From contig CAXTKV010000159.1 in NCBI GenBank assembly GCA_964244895.1, positions 1-12,759 on the forward strand: a DNA stretch of 12,759 nucleotides. The letters run 5' to 3'. The stretch comes from an uncultured Deinococcales bacterium. GTDB taxonomy: Bacteria; Deinococcota; Deinococci; Deinococcales; JAAFIG01. The notes beneath the pieces were generated by a model. The model saw only the letters and a list, made by a program, of their open reading frames with translations, searched no databases and was not told where the DNA came from. Below, in pieces: positions 1 through 6,908 of this stretch. Positions within the stretch are counted from its first letter, which is position 1. Each line of letters starts with the position of its first letter. Both the position numbers and the translations under genes were made by a program.

Positions 1-1
1 G

Positions 2-37
2 ACGGTGCGCGGCGTCGGCTACCGCTTGAGGGTCTGA
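2..37 (+). CDS. 3' end of an OmpR/PhoB-family response regulator (partial, runs off window start)
   Basis: Frame 2 reads TVRGVGYRLRV*, the typical C-terminal hairpin of OmpR-type winged-helix domains. It lies just upstream of a sensor kinase. Confidence 0.85.
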   Translation, partial: TVRGVGYRLRV

Positions 38-121
38 ATGTCCAACGATCAGCACCCAAGCATCGCGGGGCGCAAGCAATCGGTTATCGCCACGGGGTAT
101 TTCGTCTCGAGCGAAGGCTGA
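38..121 (+). CDS. possible 27-aa small ORF between regulator and kinase
   Basis: ATG at 38 directly follows the regulator TGA (35-37). It reads MSNDQHPSIAGRKQSVIATGYFVSSEG* and its TGA (119-121) overlaps the kinase ATG (TGATG). No family recognised. Confidence 0.3.
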   Translation: MSNDQHPSIAGRKQSVIATGYFVSSEG

Positions 122-1524
122 TGGGCCACCGTTCGCGCAAGCGCTGGATGAACCGCGATCCCGCCGAGCGCGAACGCTGGTTCCGCCACGCGAGCGCTCG
201 GGCGCGCCGCAAATACCCCGAACGATGGGCTCAGATGCAGCACCGAATTGAAGAGTTCGAGCGTCAAGCCAGAACCTGGGGCTGGGATTCGCCGTGGCGC
301 AAACCGAAAGGCTGGGGGCTGCGGCGGCGCTTGACGGTCTTCTTCGCCATCGTGGCGCTCGGCGCGGTCGGGTTGACCTCGTGGTTGACGCTGGGCGCGG
401 CGCTGAACGCGCAACGGCGCGTGGCGGAACTGATCCTCGAGCAACCTGGCGCACAGGTTCAGCTGCCGCCGTCGGAACTCAGGCCGGACAGGGATTTCTG
501 GCAAAACCCGAGTTTCTGGCCGAACCACGACGCGCGCTGGAACGATCCGGCCTTCGGGCCGGTGCGCGCGGCTTTCGGTGGCCTGACGCGCAGCGCCGTG
601 CTGGCGGCGCTCCTGTCGTTCGTGCTGGCCACGGTCGCGGCGGGGCTGTTCACGCGCCGCATCACGCGTCCGCTCGGAGCGCTGGCGGATGGCGCGCGCA
701 GGCTAGCGGAGGGCGAACGCGGCCTGCGGCTGCACGTGCCGGACAGCCGCGACGAAATTCAATCCGTGACGGTCGCGTTCAACCATCTGGTGCAGGATTT
801 AGAGCGTCAGGAAGCCTGGCGGCGAGGCGTGGTCGCCGATATCGCGCACGATCTGCGCACGCCCTTGTCCGTGCTGCGCTCGGAGATCGAGGCCATGCAG
901 GACGGCGTGACGCAGCCCGACGAACGCGGCCTGGATCGCTTGCACGGTGAGGTCATGCTGATGGCGCGGCTGGTGGACGACCTGCGCACGCTGTCCCAGG
1001 CGGAGGGCGGCGCGCTCCGTTTGCGGCTCGAGCCGACCGAAGTCCAAGCTTTCTTGTCCCGCACCCTGGAATCGTTCAGCGCGCGAGCCCTCGAGGGCGG
1101 CGTGAAGCTGAACCTCGAGCCCGTGCAAGAAGGTTTGCGCGCCACCTTCGACCGCGAGCAGATCATGCGCGTCGTGCAGAACCTGCTGGAAAACGCTGTC
1201 CGGCACGCTGGCCCCGGCACGGTAGACGTTTGCGCCCGCGCCGACGGGGAATTCCTGAACCTGAGCGTGCGCGATCGCGGCCCCGGCCTGAAACCCGAAG
1301 ACCTGGATCGCGTGTTCGAGCGCTTCTACCAGGCCGACGCCAGCCGCACGCGCAACCCCGACGGCGCGAAAGGTTCCGGTCTGGGTCTGGCCATCGCCCG
1401 CGCCATCGTCGAAGCGCACGGCGGGCAGATTTCCGCCAGCAACCACCCCGACGGTGGCGCAATCCTGAGCTTGCGCTTGCCGCTCGAACCTCGAGTGACG
1501 GCGCACAAACCCGAACGATCCTGA
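121..1524 (+). CDS. two-component sensor histidine kinase (2 TM, HAMP, HisKA, HATPase; BaeS-like)
   Basis: Two hydrophobic segments, HAMP (ITRPLGALADGARRLAEG), H-box ADIAHDLRTPL, N-box NLLENAVRH, G1 DRGPG, F-box VFERFY, G2 GSGLGLAI. Confidence 0.96.
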   Translation: MGHRSRKRWMNRDPAERERWFRHASARARRKYPERWAQMQHRIEEFERQARTWGWDSPWRKPKGWGLRRRLTVFFAIVALGAVGLTSWLTLGAALNAQRRVAELILEQPGAQVQLPPSELRPDRDFWQNPSFWPNHDARWNDPAFGPVRAAFGGLTRSAVLAALLSFVLATVAAGLFTRRITRPLGALADGARRLAEGERGLRLHVPDSRDEIQSVTVAFNHLVQDLERQEAWRRGVVADIAHDLRTPLSVLRSEIEAMQDGVTQPDERGLDRLHGEVMLMARLVDDLRTLSQAEGGALRLRLEPTEVQAFLSRTLESFSARALEGGVKLNLEPVQEGLRATFDREQIMRVVQNLLENAVRHAGPGTVDVCARADGEFLNLSVRDRGPGLKPEDLDRVFERFYQADASRTRNPDGAKGSGLGLAIARAIVEAHGGQISASNHPDGGAILSLRLPLEPRVTAHKPERS

Positions 1525-1578
1525 GCGCACCGTCCAGGAGGGCATTTTGAGGATATCGTCCTGGACGGTGTTCTCGAG
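1523..1578. repeat. two tandem copies of the 27-bp palindromic unit; together form a 12-bp perfect inverted repeat
   Basis: GAGCGCACCGTC-CAG-GAGGGCATTTT then GAGGATATCGTC-CTG-GACGGTGTTCTC-GAG. CACCGTCCAGGA (1528-1539) is the reverse complement of TCCTGGACGGTG (1559-1570). Confidence 0.8.
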
Positions 1579-1785
1579 CCTGGGTTCGCCAGATCGCCGC
1601 CGGGAGCGCACGCCCACCAGCCATGATGCGCGAGCACCTTGAAGACCGACCGCTTCGTTTTTCTCGCGTCAGGCTCAAACCTGCGATCGACGCACATGGC
1701 GCGTTTTTATTCAGTTTTGTGCAGAATCAGCATTCACCGATAAAAAACCGATGTTCGATAAGAAACAATTCTGTCATGATTCATC

Positions 1786-1794
1786 TGCTACGCT
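1786..1794 (+). promoter_or_regulatory. putative extended -10 promoter (TGcTACGCT) for the small membrane protein gene
   Basis: TG-n-TAnnnT motif in an AT-rich block, 25 nt before ATG 1820. No good -35 seen. Confidence 0.4.
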
Positions 1795-1819
1795 TTTAAG
1801 GAAAGTTAGGTGTTAATTT

Positions 1820-1948
1820 ATGAACGCTGGATTTCTGATCACCCTGATCGCGTACACGGCACTGTTTATCACGATTGGCGCGGCCATCCGTCACGTCCTG
1901 GAAAATATCGGTTCGCTCGGTCTGGAAAAGCCATCTCGCAGGGTCTGA
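1820..1948 (+). CDS. 42-aa small single-pass membrane protein (not in ORF track)
   Basis: MNAGFLITLIAYTALFITIGAAIRHVLENIGSLGLEKPSRRV*. RBS-like AGGTG at 1808-1812, uncharged hydrophobic residues ~5-23, basic tail, terminator directly downstream. Confidence 0.75.
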   Translation: MNAGFLITLIAYTALFITIGAAIRHVLENIGSLGLEKPSRRV

Positions 1949-1965
1949 CAACCCCGATCAGGTTC

Positions 1966-1994
1966 GAGCCCCGCCGATGGCGGGGTTCTGTTTT
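1966..1994 (+). terminator. intrinsic terminator
   Basis: Stem GAGCCCCGCC / GGCGGGGTTC (one G-U pair), loop GAT, followed by TGTTTT. Confidence 0.8.
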
Positions 1995-2006
1995 GCCGGA
2001 AGTACC

Positions 2007-2339
2007 GTGAAGGGCGAATGGGCGGAACGGCTGGCCGAACGCGAACTCGAGCGAGCCGGATTCACGGTGCTCGAGCGCAATTACCGGATTCGCGGCGGCG
2101 AGATCGACCTGATCGCGCGCGATCCGAACGGCCTGATGGTCTTCGTCGAGGTCAAACAGCGCCGCGACGCCAGCCACGGCGTGCCCGGCGAGTTCATCAC
2201 CGCCCGCAAGGCCGCCCTGGTGCGTCGCGCGGCCCTGACGTACCTGGGACGCGACGACGTGTCTTGCCGCTTCGATGCCGTGCTGATCACGGGCGATGAA
2301 GACCACGCCCAACTCGAATGGCTCGAGGACGCATTCTAA
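2007..2339 (+). CDS. yraN: YraN family (UPF0102) predicted endonuclease, 110 aa
   Basis: GTG start gives MKGEWAERLA...LERNYRIRGGEIDLIA...VFVEVKQR...CRFDAV, the YraN signature. The longer track start (1875) runs through the small gene and its terminator. Confidence 0.92.
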   Translation: MKGEWAERLAERELERAGFTVLERNYRIRGGEIDLIARDPNGLMVFVEVKQRRDASHGVPGEFITARKAALVRRAALTYLGRDDVSCRFDAVLITGDEDHAQLEWLEDAF

Positions 2340-2377
2340 GGTTGGGAGTAGCTCCAAGCCACGATTTGCGACCGCGC

Positions 2378-2445
2378 TGAAGACCGTTCAGCGCGCAACC
2401 AGACGGTCATTTTGCGACTTTTCCACGTCCCGAACAGTCTTTTCA
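2378..2445. repeat. degenerate half-units of the palindromic repeat family
   Basis: TGAAGACCGTT-CAG, AGACGGTCATTTT and CCACGTC-CCG-AACAGTCTTTTC resemble the arms of the consensus. Confidence 0.4.
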
Positions 2446-2584
2446 CGATGAAGAAACGTTCGTCGGGATGACGATGCTGGACGCTCAGGTTGACCTCAAG
2501 CGACCCAAAAAAGCCCATCCATCCTCGAGCCTGAAGGATGCCGCACGCAGACCTCAATCTCAGCCGACGATCACCTGAAGCAGT

Positions 2585-2590
2585 TAGATT
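2585..2590 (+). promoter_or_regulatory. -10 box of a probable leaderless transcript
   Basis: TAGATT-N7-ATG(2598), no Shine-Dalgarno. Confidence 0.6.
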
Positions 2591-2597
2591 GGCGCAC

Positions 2598-3020
2598 ATG
2601 AAACCACTGCTGGCCATCCTGATCGCGCTGTGCGTGACCGCGTGCGCACCCACCCCGACGACCCTGACCCTGCCGCCCGAAGCCGGACGGTTCGCCAGGA
2701 TCATCATGCCCGTCGAGCCGGACATCGCGCTCGTGACGGCGCGCAACCTGGTCGATAACGGCGTGGACAAATTCTTGCTGGTCGGGCTGTTCGGGGACGG
2801 GACGGGCTTTCAGACGTACTGGGCTGCCGTGGGCGGTCAGGCCGTCAGCGTCTACTTCAAGTTCGAGAAAGACCCGTCCGGCGGCACCGCCGTTCGCATT
2901 CTGACCCTGCCCACGCCGCCATCCACGCCGGAACGCCTGGCGCGAGGGCTGGATGATCTGGCGCAACGCATGAAAGATCAGCTCGGATTTCAGAGTTACT
3001 CGTTCGTACCAGAGCGGTAG
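2598..3020 (+). CDS. putative lipoprotein of unknown function, 140 aa
   Basis: MKPLLAILIALCVTA-C: basic N-terminus, hydrophobic core, lipobox VTAC, then a Pro/Thr linker. GC3-rich codons. Confidence 0.8.
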   Translation: MKPLLAILIALCVTACAPTPTTLTLPPEAGRFARIIMPVEPDIALVTARNLVDNGVDKFLLVGLFGDGTGFQTYWAAVGGQAVSVYFKFEKDPSGGTAVRILTLPTPPSTPERLARGLDDLAQRMKDQLGFQSYSFVPER

Positions 3021-3026
3021 TGGTTC

Positions 3027-3078
3027 AAAAAGACCGTCCCGGACGCATCTCGAGGAACGCGTCCGGGACGGTCTCTGA
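3027..3078. repeat. pair of palindromic units joined at CTCGAG; 16-bp perfect inverted repeat between convergent genes (probable terminator)
   Basis: AGACCGTCCCGGACGC (3031-3046) / GCGTCCGGGACGGTCT (3059-3074), with CTCGAG at 3049-3054 in the loop. An A-run on the left would give a U-tail for the minus strand. Confidence 0.8.
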
Positions 3079-3083
3079 TTGAC

Positions 3084-3644
3084 TCAGAGCCTCGGCAGGG
3101 TCACACCTTTTTGACCCTGGTACTTGCCCTTGCGATCCGCGTAGGTCACTTCCGGGCGTTCCCCCTCGAAGAACAGCAGTTGCACGATGCCTTCGTTGGC
3201 GTACACGCGCGCCGGGAGCGGGGTCGTGTTGGAAAGCTCGAGCGTCACGTGGCCCTCCCAGCCGGGTTCCAAGGGCGTAACGTTGGCGACGATGCCGCAG
3301 CGCGCGTAACTCGATTTCCCGAGCGCCACGACCATCACGGTTTCCGGAATCCGCAGGTATTCGACGCTGCGGGTCAACACGAAGGAATTCGGCGGGATGA
3401 TGCAGGTCGGCCCGTCCGCCTCGACCAGGCTGTTGTTATCGAAATCCTTCGGGTCCACGACCGTGTTGAAGGCGTTCACGAAGATTCGCCATTCGGGCGC
3501 GGCCCGCAGGTCGTAGCCGAAGCTGGACAGGCCGTAGCTGATGATGCCCGAGCCTTCAGATTCGCGCACCTGGCGGTCTGTGAAGGGCTCGATCATGCCA
3601 TCTTTGGCGCGTTGTCTGATCCACCAGTCGGGTTTGATGCTCAT
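3084..3644 (-). CDS. dcd: dCTP deaminase, 186 aa
   Basis: [10 protein letters not shown]...[13 protein letters not shown]...IIPPNSFVL...[31 protein letters not shown]...YANEGIVQ...[14 protein letters not shown]. Confidence 0.97.
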   Translation of the reverse strand: MSIKPDWWIRQRAKDGMIEPFTDRQVRESEGSGIISYGLSSFGYDLRAAPEWRIFVNAFNTVVDPKDFDNNSLVEADGPTCIIPPNSFVLTRSVEYLRIPETVMVVALGKSSYARCGIVANVTPLEPGWEGHVTLELSNTTPLPARVYANEGIVQLLFFEGERPEVTYADRKGKYQGQKGVTLPRL

Positions 3645-3651
3645 GCGCGCC

Positions 3652-3657
3652 ATCATA
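3652..3657 (-). promoter_or_regulatory. -10 box of probable leaderless dcd transcript
   Basis: Minus strand TATGAT-GGCGCGC-ATG(3644). Confidence 0.65.
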
Positions 3658-3697
3658 ACCACGTTCCGTGGCGCACATTCCAGCCGCGCGCTCGCGA

Positions 3698-4252
3698 TCA
3701 GGCGCAGTTGACGCTGGGCGGTTCCTGGCCGTGATCGCCGTACATCAGACGCTGGTTCAGGCAGGCGGTCTGTGAGGTGATCAGTTTGCCGTCGCCATCG
3801 AAGCGCAGTTGCAGCACCCAGCCGAACACGCAGCTCGGCCAGGGTTCATCGGGCCAGTTGGCGCTGGATGGAAGTTTGTGCGCTTCGACGCCGAGCGCCT
3901 GAGCGAGTTGAAGAATTTCGCCGTGACGCCAGCAGATCAGCAGGTTGCCATCGTCGTATTTTGGATTTTCGAGCAGATCCCCGGCGAGCCGTTCCAGATC
4001 CTGATCGCCGTAGGACGCGTCAATCTGCAGGTTCAGCGCCCTGGCGAGCGGCTCGAGCGTCAGGTACGGTCGGCGGCTGCTCGGGCTGTTGGCTGCGGCC
4101 AGCAAGTGATTCCATTGCGGGGCAGGAGCGCCGAAATTCGGAAAATAGCTGACGTAAGCCTGCGCTCGCGCTTGCCCAGTGTTGGATAGGCCATCGCCAG
4201 TTTCGGGTTTTTCAGAGTGGCGAACGATCAAGATGGTGGCGCGTTTCGGCAT
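3698..4252 (-). CDS. histidine phosphatase superfamily protein, 184 aa
   Basis: [10 protein letters not shown]...[21 protein letters not shown] and [10 protein letters not shown] match the RHxEK-type histidine phosphatase pattern. Confidence 0.8.
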   Translation of the reverse strand: MPKRATILIVRHSEKPETGDGLSNTGQARAQAYVSYFPNFGAPAPQWNHLLAAANSPSSRRPYLTLEPLARALNLQIDASYGDQDLERLAGDLLENPKYDDGNLLICWRHGEILQLAQALGVEAHKLPSSANWPDEPWPSCVFGWVLQLRFDGDGKLITSQTACLNQRLMYGDHGQEPPSVNCA

Positions 4253-4308
4253 GGGATTCCATTCTGGCGCGGTAGAGAACAGACCGCTGCGGTCAATTGG
4301 CGAGAGTT

Positions 4309-4353
4309 TACGTCACGGGATTCTACGTCGCAGGATGCTACGTCACGGGGTCC
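4309..4353. repeat. 15-bp tandem repeat, 3 copies
   Basis: TACGTCACGGGATTC / TACGTCGCAGGATGC / TACGTCACGGGGTCC. It spans the stop codon of the 4338..5129 gene. Confidence 0.8.
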
Positions 4354-5129
4354 TGGCGTCGGCGCAGCAGACCCTCGCGCAGGAAGGCTTCGACCATGCC
4401 CTCGAGTTCGGTCACGTCGCGCTCGAAGCTGGCGGCGGCCTCGAGGGGCGTCTGACCGCGCCCGAGTCGCGCCAGCAAATCCAGCGCGAGCTTGCCGTGC
4501 GCGGCGCGGGCGCGGTTGTACGTGTCGGTGATCGGGTTGACAGCGTCTCGTCCGCGCAGGGAAAACGCGTATCGTTCGGTCGCCCACGCGCCGATGACGC
4601 GCGGCAGCAGCAATCTGGGCGGTCTGATCGAGGCGGGCAGCGTGCCGTTCTCGCGGTAGTCGGCGTCCAGTCTCGCGATGATCGCGCCGTCCGCGTACAG
4701 GGAAACCCGTCCATCGCCGTGCGCCCAAACCCCGGTGAAGAAATCGCCGGGTACGACCTTCAGGGCTTTGCCTCCGAGGCCCGTCAGGGCGTGCACGATG
4801 GTGCGCTCCAGGGTGCAGAACTCGAGCGCCGCGTCCCCGACGAAAGCCTGCGCGAAAGCGGTCAGGGCGGCCTCGCCCCAGATTGCGCCAGCGGATTGAA
4901 AAGATGCTCCGGCCAGTTGCCCCTCATAGACCAGCACCATCCCCATCAGCGCTCCAGCCGTGTCGCAGAGCGCCAGGTAACCGTCCCAGGTTTCGCGCTC
5001 GAGGTGCGCGGCCAACCCGGAAAGATCCACGAATCCGCCGCGCAATCCGGTAATCCGAGGCGTTCCCCTGGGCGCGACCCGTCCGATCACCAGGTCAGCG
5101 CCGGGAAAGGCGCTCGGGCTGGGTTTCAC
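4338..5129 (-). CDS. hypothetical protein, 263 aa (N-terminus reminiscent of DUF2226/DUF4388-type domains, possible C-terminal winged helix)
   Basis: GTG at 5129 overlaps the Nudix TGA (GTGA). Contains FVDLSGLAAHLERETWDGYLAL...GMVLVYEGQLAGA and ends ...TPLEAAASFERDVTELEGMVEAFLREGLLRR. Domain calls are recollection only. Confidence 0.75.
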   Translation of the reverse strand: MKPSPSAFPGADLVIGRVAPRGTPRITGLRGGFVDLSGLAAHLERETWDGYLALCDTAGALMGMVLVYEGQLAGASFQSAGAIWGEAALTAFAQAFVGDAALEFCTLERTIVHALTGLGGKALKVVPGDFFTGVWAHGDGRVSLYADGAIIARLDADYRENGTLPASIRPPRLLLPRVIGAWATERYAFSLRGRDAVNPITDTYNRARAAHGKLALDLLARLGRGQTPLEAAASFERDVTELEGMVEAFLREGLLRRRQDPVT

Positions 5130-5653
5130 CGACGCCCGCCCGCTTTCGGTGGCGGTTTGGGCGCGGCGGAAAGCGTTTCGGGTTTGGGCGCTCGGGGCGG
5201 CACGGGCACGCCCAGCACGCGCGCGGCGCGCTCGAGCAACATCCGGTTCTGGGTGTGCGCCAACCGTTTCATGGCCGGGCCGAGCGCGAAGAAACCGGCC
5301 TGAAAGCCCTCCTCGGGCACGGTTTCGGTGGCGGCGGTCTTCATGGTGAACCAGTGGACGCGCCTGGCCTCGCCGCGCGGATTGACGTACTCGGTGAAAC
5401 CCAGGTCGGAGACGATCTCGGCGCGCACGCCGCCCTCCTCGTGCACCTCGCGCACGGCGGCGATGGCGATGGTCTCGCCGGGGTCGATGTGCCCCTTCGG
5501 GAAGGTCCACGCGCCGTCCGCGTAGCGGATCAGCAGGACTTCTCCCGCCGCGTTCAGCACGACCCCGCCCGCCCCGAGGACGCGCGGACGCCCCCTGACG
5601 TTGCGCTTGCTGCGTCTGGAACGGGATCTGGAAGGCTTGGTTTCGTTGCTCAT
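5126..5653 (-). CDS. Nudix hydrolase, Thermus Ndx1-like (diadenosine polyphosphate hydrolase), 175 aa
   Basis: Intact Nudix box GHIDPGETIAIAAVREVHEEGGV. LGAGGVVLN...WTFPKGH...YVNPRGEARRVHWFTM closely recalls T. thermophilus Ndx1. Confidence 0.9.
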   Translation of the reverse strand: MSNETKPSRSRSRRSKRNVRGRPRVLGAGGVVLNAAGEVLLIRYADGAWTFPKGHIDPGETIAIAAVREVHEEGGVRAEIVSDLGFTEYVNPRGEARRVHWFTMKTAATETVPEEGFQAGFFALGPAMKRLAHTQNRMLLERAARVLGVPVPPRAPKPETLSAAPKPPPKAGGRR

Positions 5654-5730
5654 GGCGTTTTCCCGCGCGCGTGGTGGCTCGCGCGGACGGTCGCGCGGCG
5701 TATCAACGTCTTGCAATCGTCGGACTTCAC
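5650..5730 (-). CDS. possible leaderless 26-aa upstream ORF coupled to the Nudix gene
   Basis: TAATCT (5743-5738)-N7-GTG(5730). It reads MKSDDCKTLIRRATVRASHHARGKTP* and its TGA overlaps the Nudix ATG (ATGA). Confidence 0.3.
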   Translation of the reverse strand: MKSDDCKTLIRRATVRASHHARGKTP

Positions 5731-5786
5731 ACCTGACAGATTACCCAAACCCCGAGCCTGACGCGAGAACGCACGGCCCTATTGGG

Positions 5787-5848
5787 AAACCCGGCGTCCA
5801 GCACGGCCTTTTTGTATTTCAAAAAACACCGTTCCAGACGGTCTCGCC
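5787..5848. repeat. two degenerate 27-bp palindromic units in a divergent intergenic region
   Basis: AAACCCGGCGTC-CAG-CACGGCCTTTTT (5787-5813) and AAAAACACCGTT-CCA-GACGGTCTCGCC (5822-5848). Confidence 0.55.
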
Positions 5849-5895
5849 GAACCCTGCTCGAGACTGAAGAACGGGTTTCGTGCTAGAACCAGGCC

Positions 5896-6186
5896 GTGAT
5901 TACCGCAATCGTACTGGTGCGCGCCGAACGCGATTCCGTGCCGGAGACCGCCGCAGCGCTGGCCGCGATGAAGTACGTCTCCGAGTGCTAAAGCGTGACC
6001 GGGGACTGGGACATCGTGGTCGTGCTGAAATTGCCGCAATTCGACGTGCTGGACGAAGTCGTGACCGGAGAACTGCGCAAAGTTCCCGGCATCGAACGCA
6101 CCAGCACGATGCTGGCCTTCCGCACGTACTCGAACGCGCTCCTGGATCGCGCTTTCGGCATCGGGCTGGAGGAAGAGGGGAAGTAG
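5896..6186 (+). pseudogene. stand-alone Lrp/AsnC ligand-binding (RAM) domain gene interrupted by one in-frame TAA at 5989-5991
   Basis: From GTG 5896: MITAIVLVRAERDSVPETAAALAAMKYVSEC*SVTGDWDIVVVLKLPQFDVLDEVVTGELRKVPGIERTSTMLAFRTYSNALLDRAFGIGLEEEGK. Both sides of the stop fit the family in one frame, where the usual motif is E-x-Y-S-V-T-G. Confidence 0.88.
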
Positions 6187-6207
6187 GGAGTCAGAGGTCA
6201 GGAGTAA
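6187..6207 (+). repeat. heptamer tandem repeat (RRRGTCA x3)
   Basis: GGAGTCA GAGGTCA GGAGTAA, starting at the first base after the TAG stop. Confidence 0.6.
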
Positions 6208-6250
6208 ACCCCGTGAACACCTGAGGCTCCAGGATCAAGTAAGACCCACT

Positions 6251-6313
6251 GGAAACACGTCCGGGACAATCTTCTCGAGAAGCTTACCGACCCGGATTTC
6301 GTTCGAGAACACC
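6251..6313. repeat. degenerate palindromic units
   Basis: GGAAACACGTC-CGG-GACAATCTTCTC-GAG (6251-6279), and a left arm TTCGAGAACACC at 6302-6313. Confidence 0.55.
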
Positions 6314-6348
6314 CGCTTTCTCTCGTGCCCTGCGACCCGTGACCTCTT

Positions 6349-6906
6349 ATGCTCGAGCCCGATCTCAAACCCACCAAACCGCTGCCGGAGAGACCGAACG
6401 GCTACATGACCATCGAGAACGCCTCGAGCTTGAAGCGCTTCTGGGACTTGTTGCGGGGCTTCAGGGCGCGAGGGTACAGCCTTGAAATTCCGGCGCGCAC
6501 CGCGCCGGACGCGTGCCGCCGCGCGATTCTGGGCGTCAGGAACGAACGCGCGGGCGGACTGATGGACGCGGGCGCGCTGGTCAAGAGCTTGCAGGACTCC
6601 GATGACATGGTGATGGAAAGTTTCAACCTCGAGCCGGACGCCAGGGACGCCGTGTCCGCGCTGATGGCGGGCGACAAGACATCGGTGGCCGCGATCCTGA
6701 GCGCGTCGTACACCCTGGAATTCGAGCTGATCCTGGCCTTCACCGCGCGGCGCGAGCTGGTGCTGAAAGCCGACGCGCGCTACTGGCCGAAGCTCGAGAC
6801 GAGCGCACCGTTCCCGCTCGACTGGACGCTGCGCGCCACCCGATTGGGTCGCGGCGATTACCGCACGATGCTCGAACGGTGCTCCGGTGTGATCTCGGGA
6901 AGATGA
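6349..6906 (+). CDS. hypothetical protein, 185 aa
   Basis: Open frame with GC3-rich codons and globular-protein composition that fills the gap between flanking genes. No family recognised. Confidence 0.75.
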   Translation: MLEPDLKPTKPLPERPNGYMTIENASSLKRFWDLLRGFRARGYSLEIPARTAPDACRRAILGVRNERAGGLMDAGALVKSLQDSDDMVMESFNLEPDARDAVSALMAGDKTSVAAILSASYTLEFELILAFTARRELVLKADARYWPKLETSAPFPLDWTLRATRLGRGDYRTMLERCSGVISGR

Positions 6907-6908
6907 AC

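Noticed and set aside
1810..2010. 66-aa ORF 1810..2010 and extended yraN start at 1875
   Set aside because: Both cross the terminator at 1966-1994 and conflict with the better-supported 42-aa ORF and the family-typical GTG start at 2007.
4308..4325. Possible Deinococcus radiation/desiccation response motif (TTACGT start)
   Set aside because: No matching right half-site. The sequence is a direct repeat, not a 17-bp palindrome.
5130..5510. N-terminal extension of the 390-aa ORF 4338..5510
   Set aside because: Arg-rich out-of-frame overlap with the Nudix gene. The coupled GTG at 5129 is the more plausible start.
5989..5991. Programmed recoding (Sec/Pyl) or alternative genetic code at the internal stop
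   Set aside because: The codon is TAA, not TGA/TAG, and TAA ends yraN normally (2337-2339). A point change from a Tyr codon is simpler.
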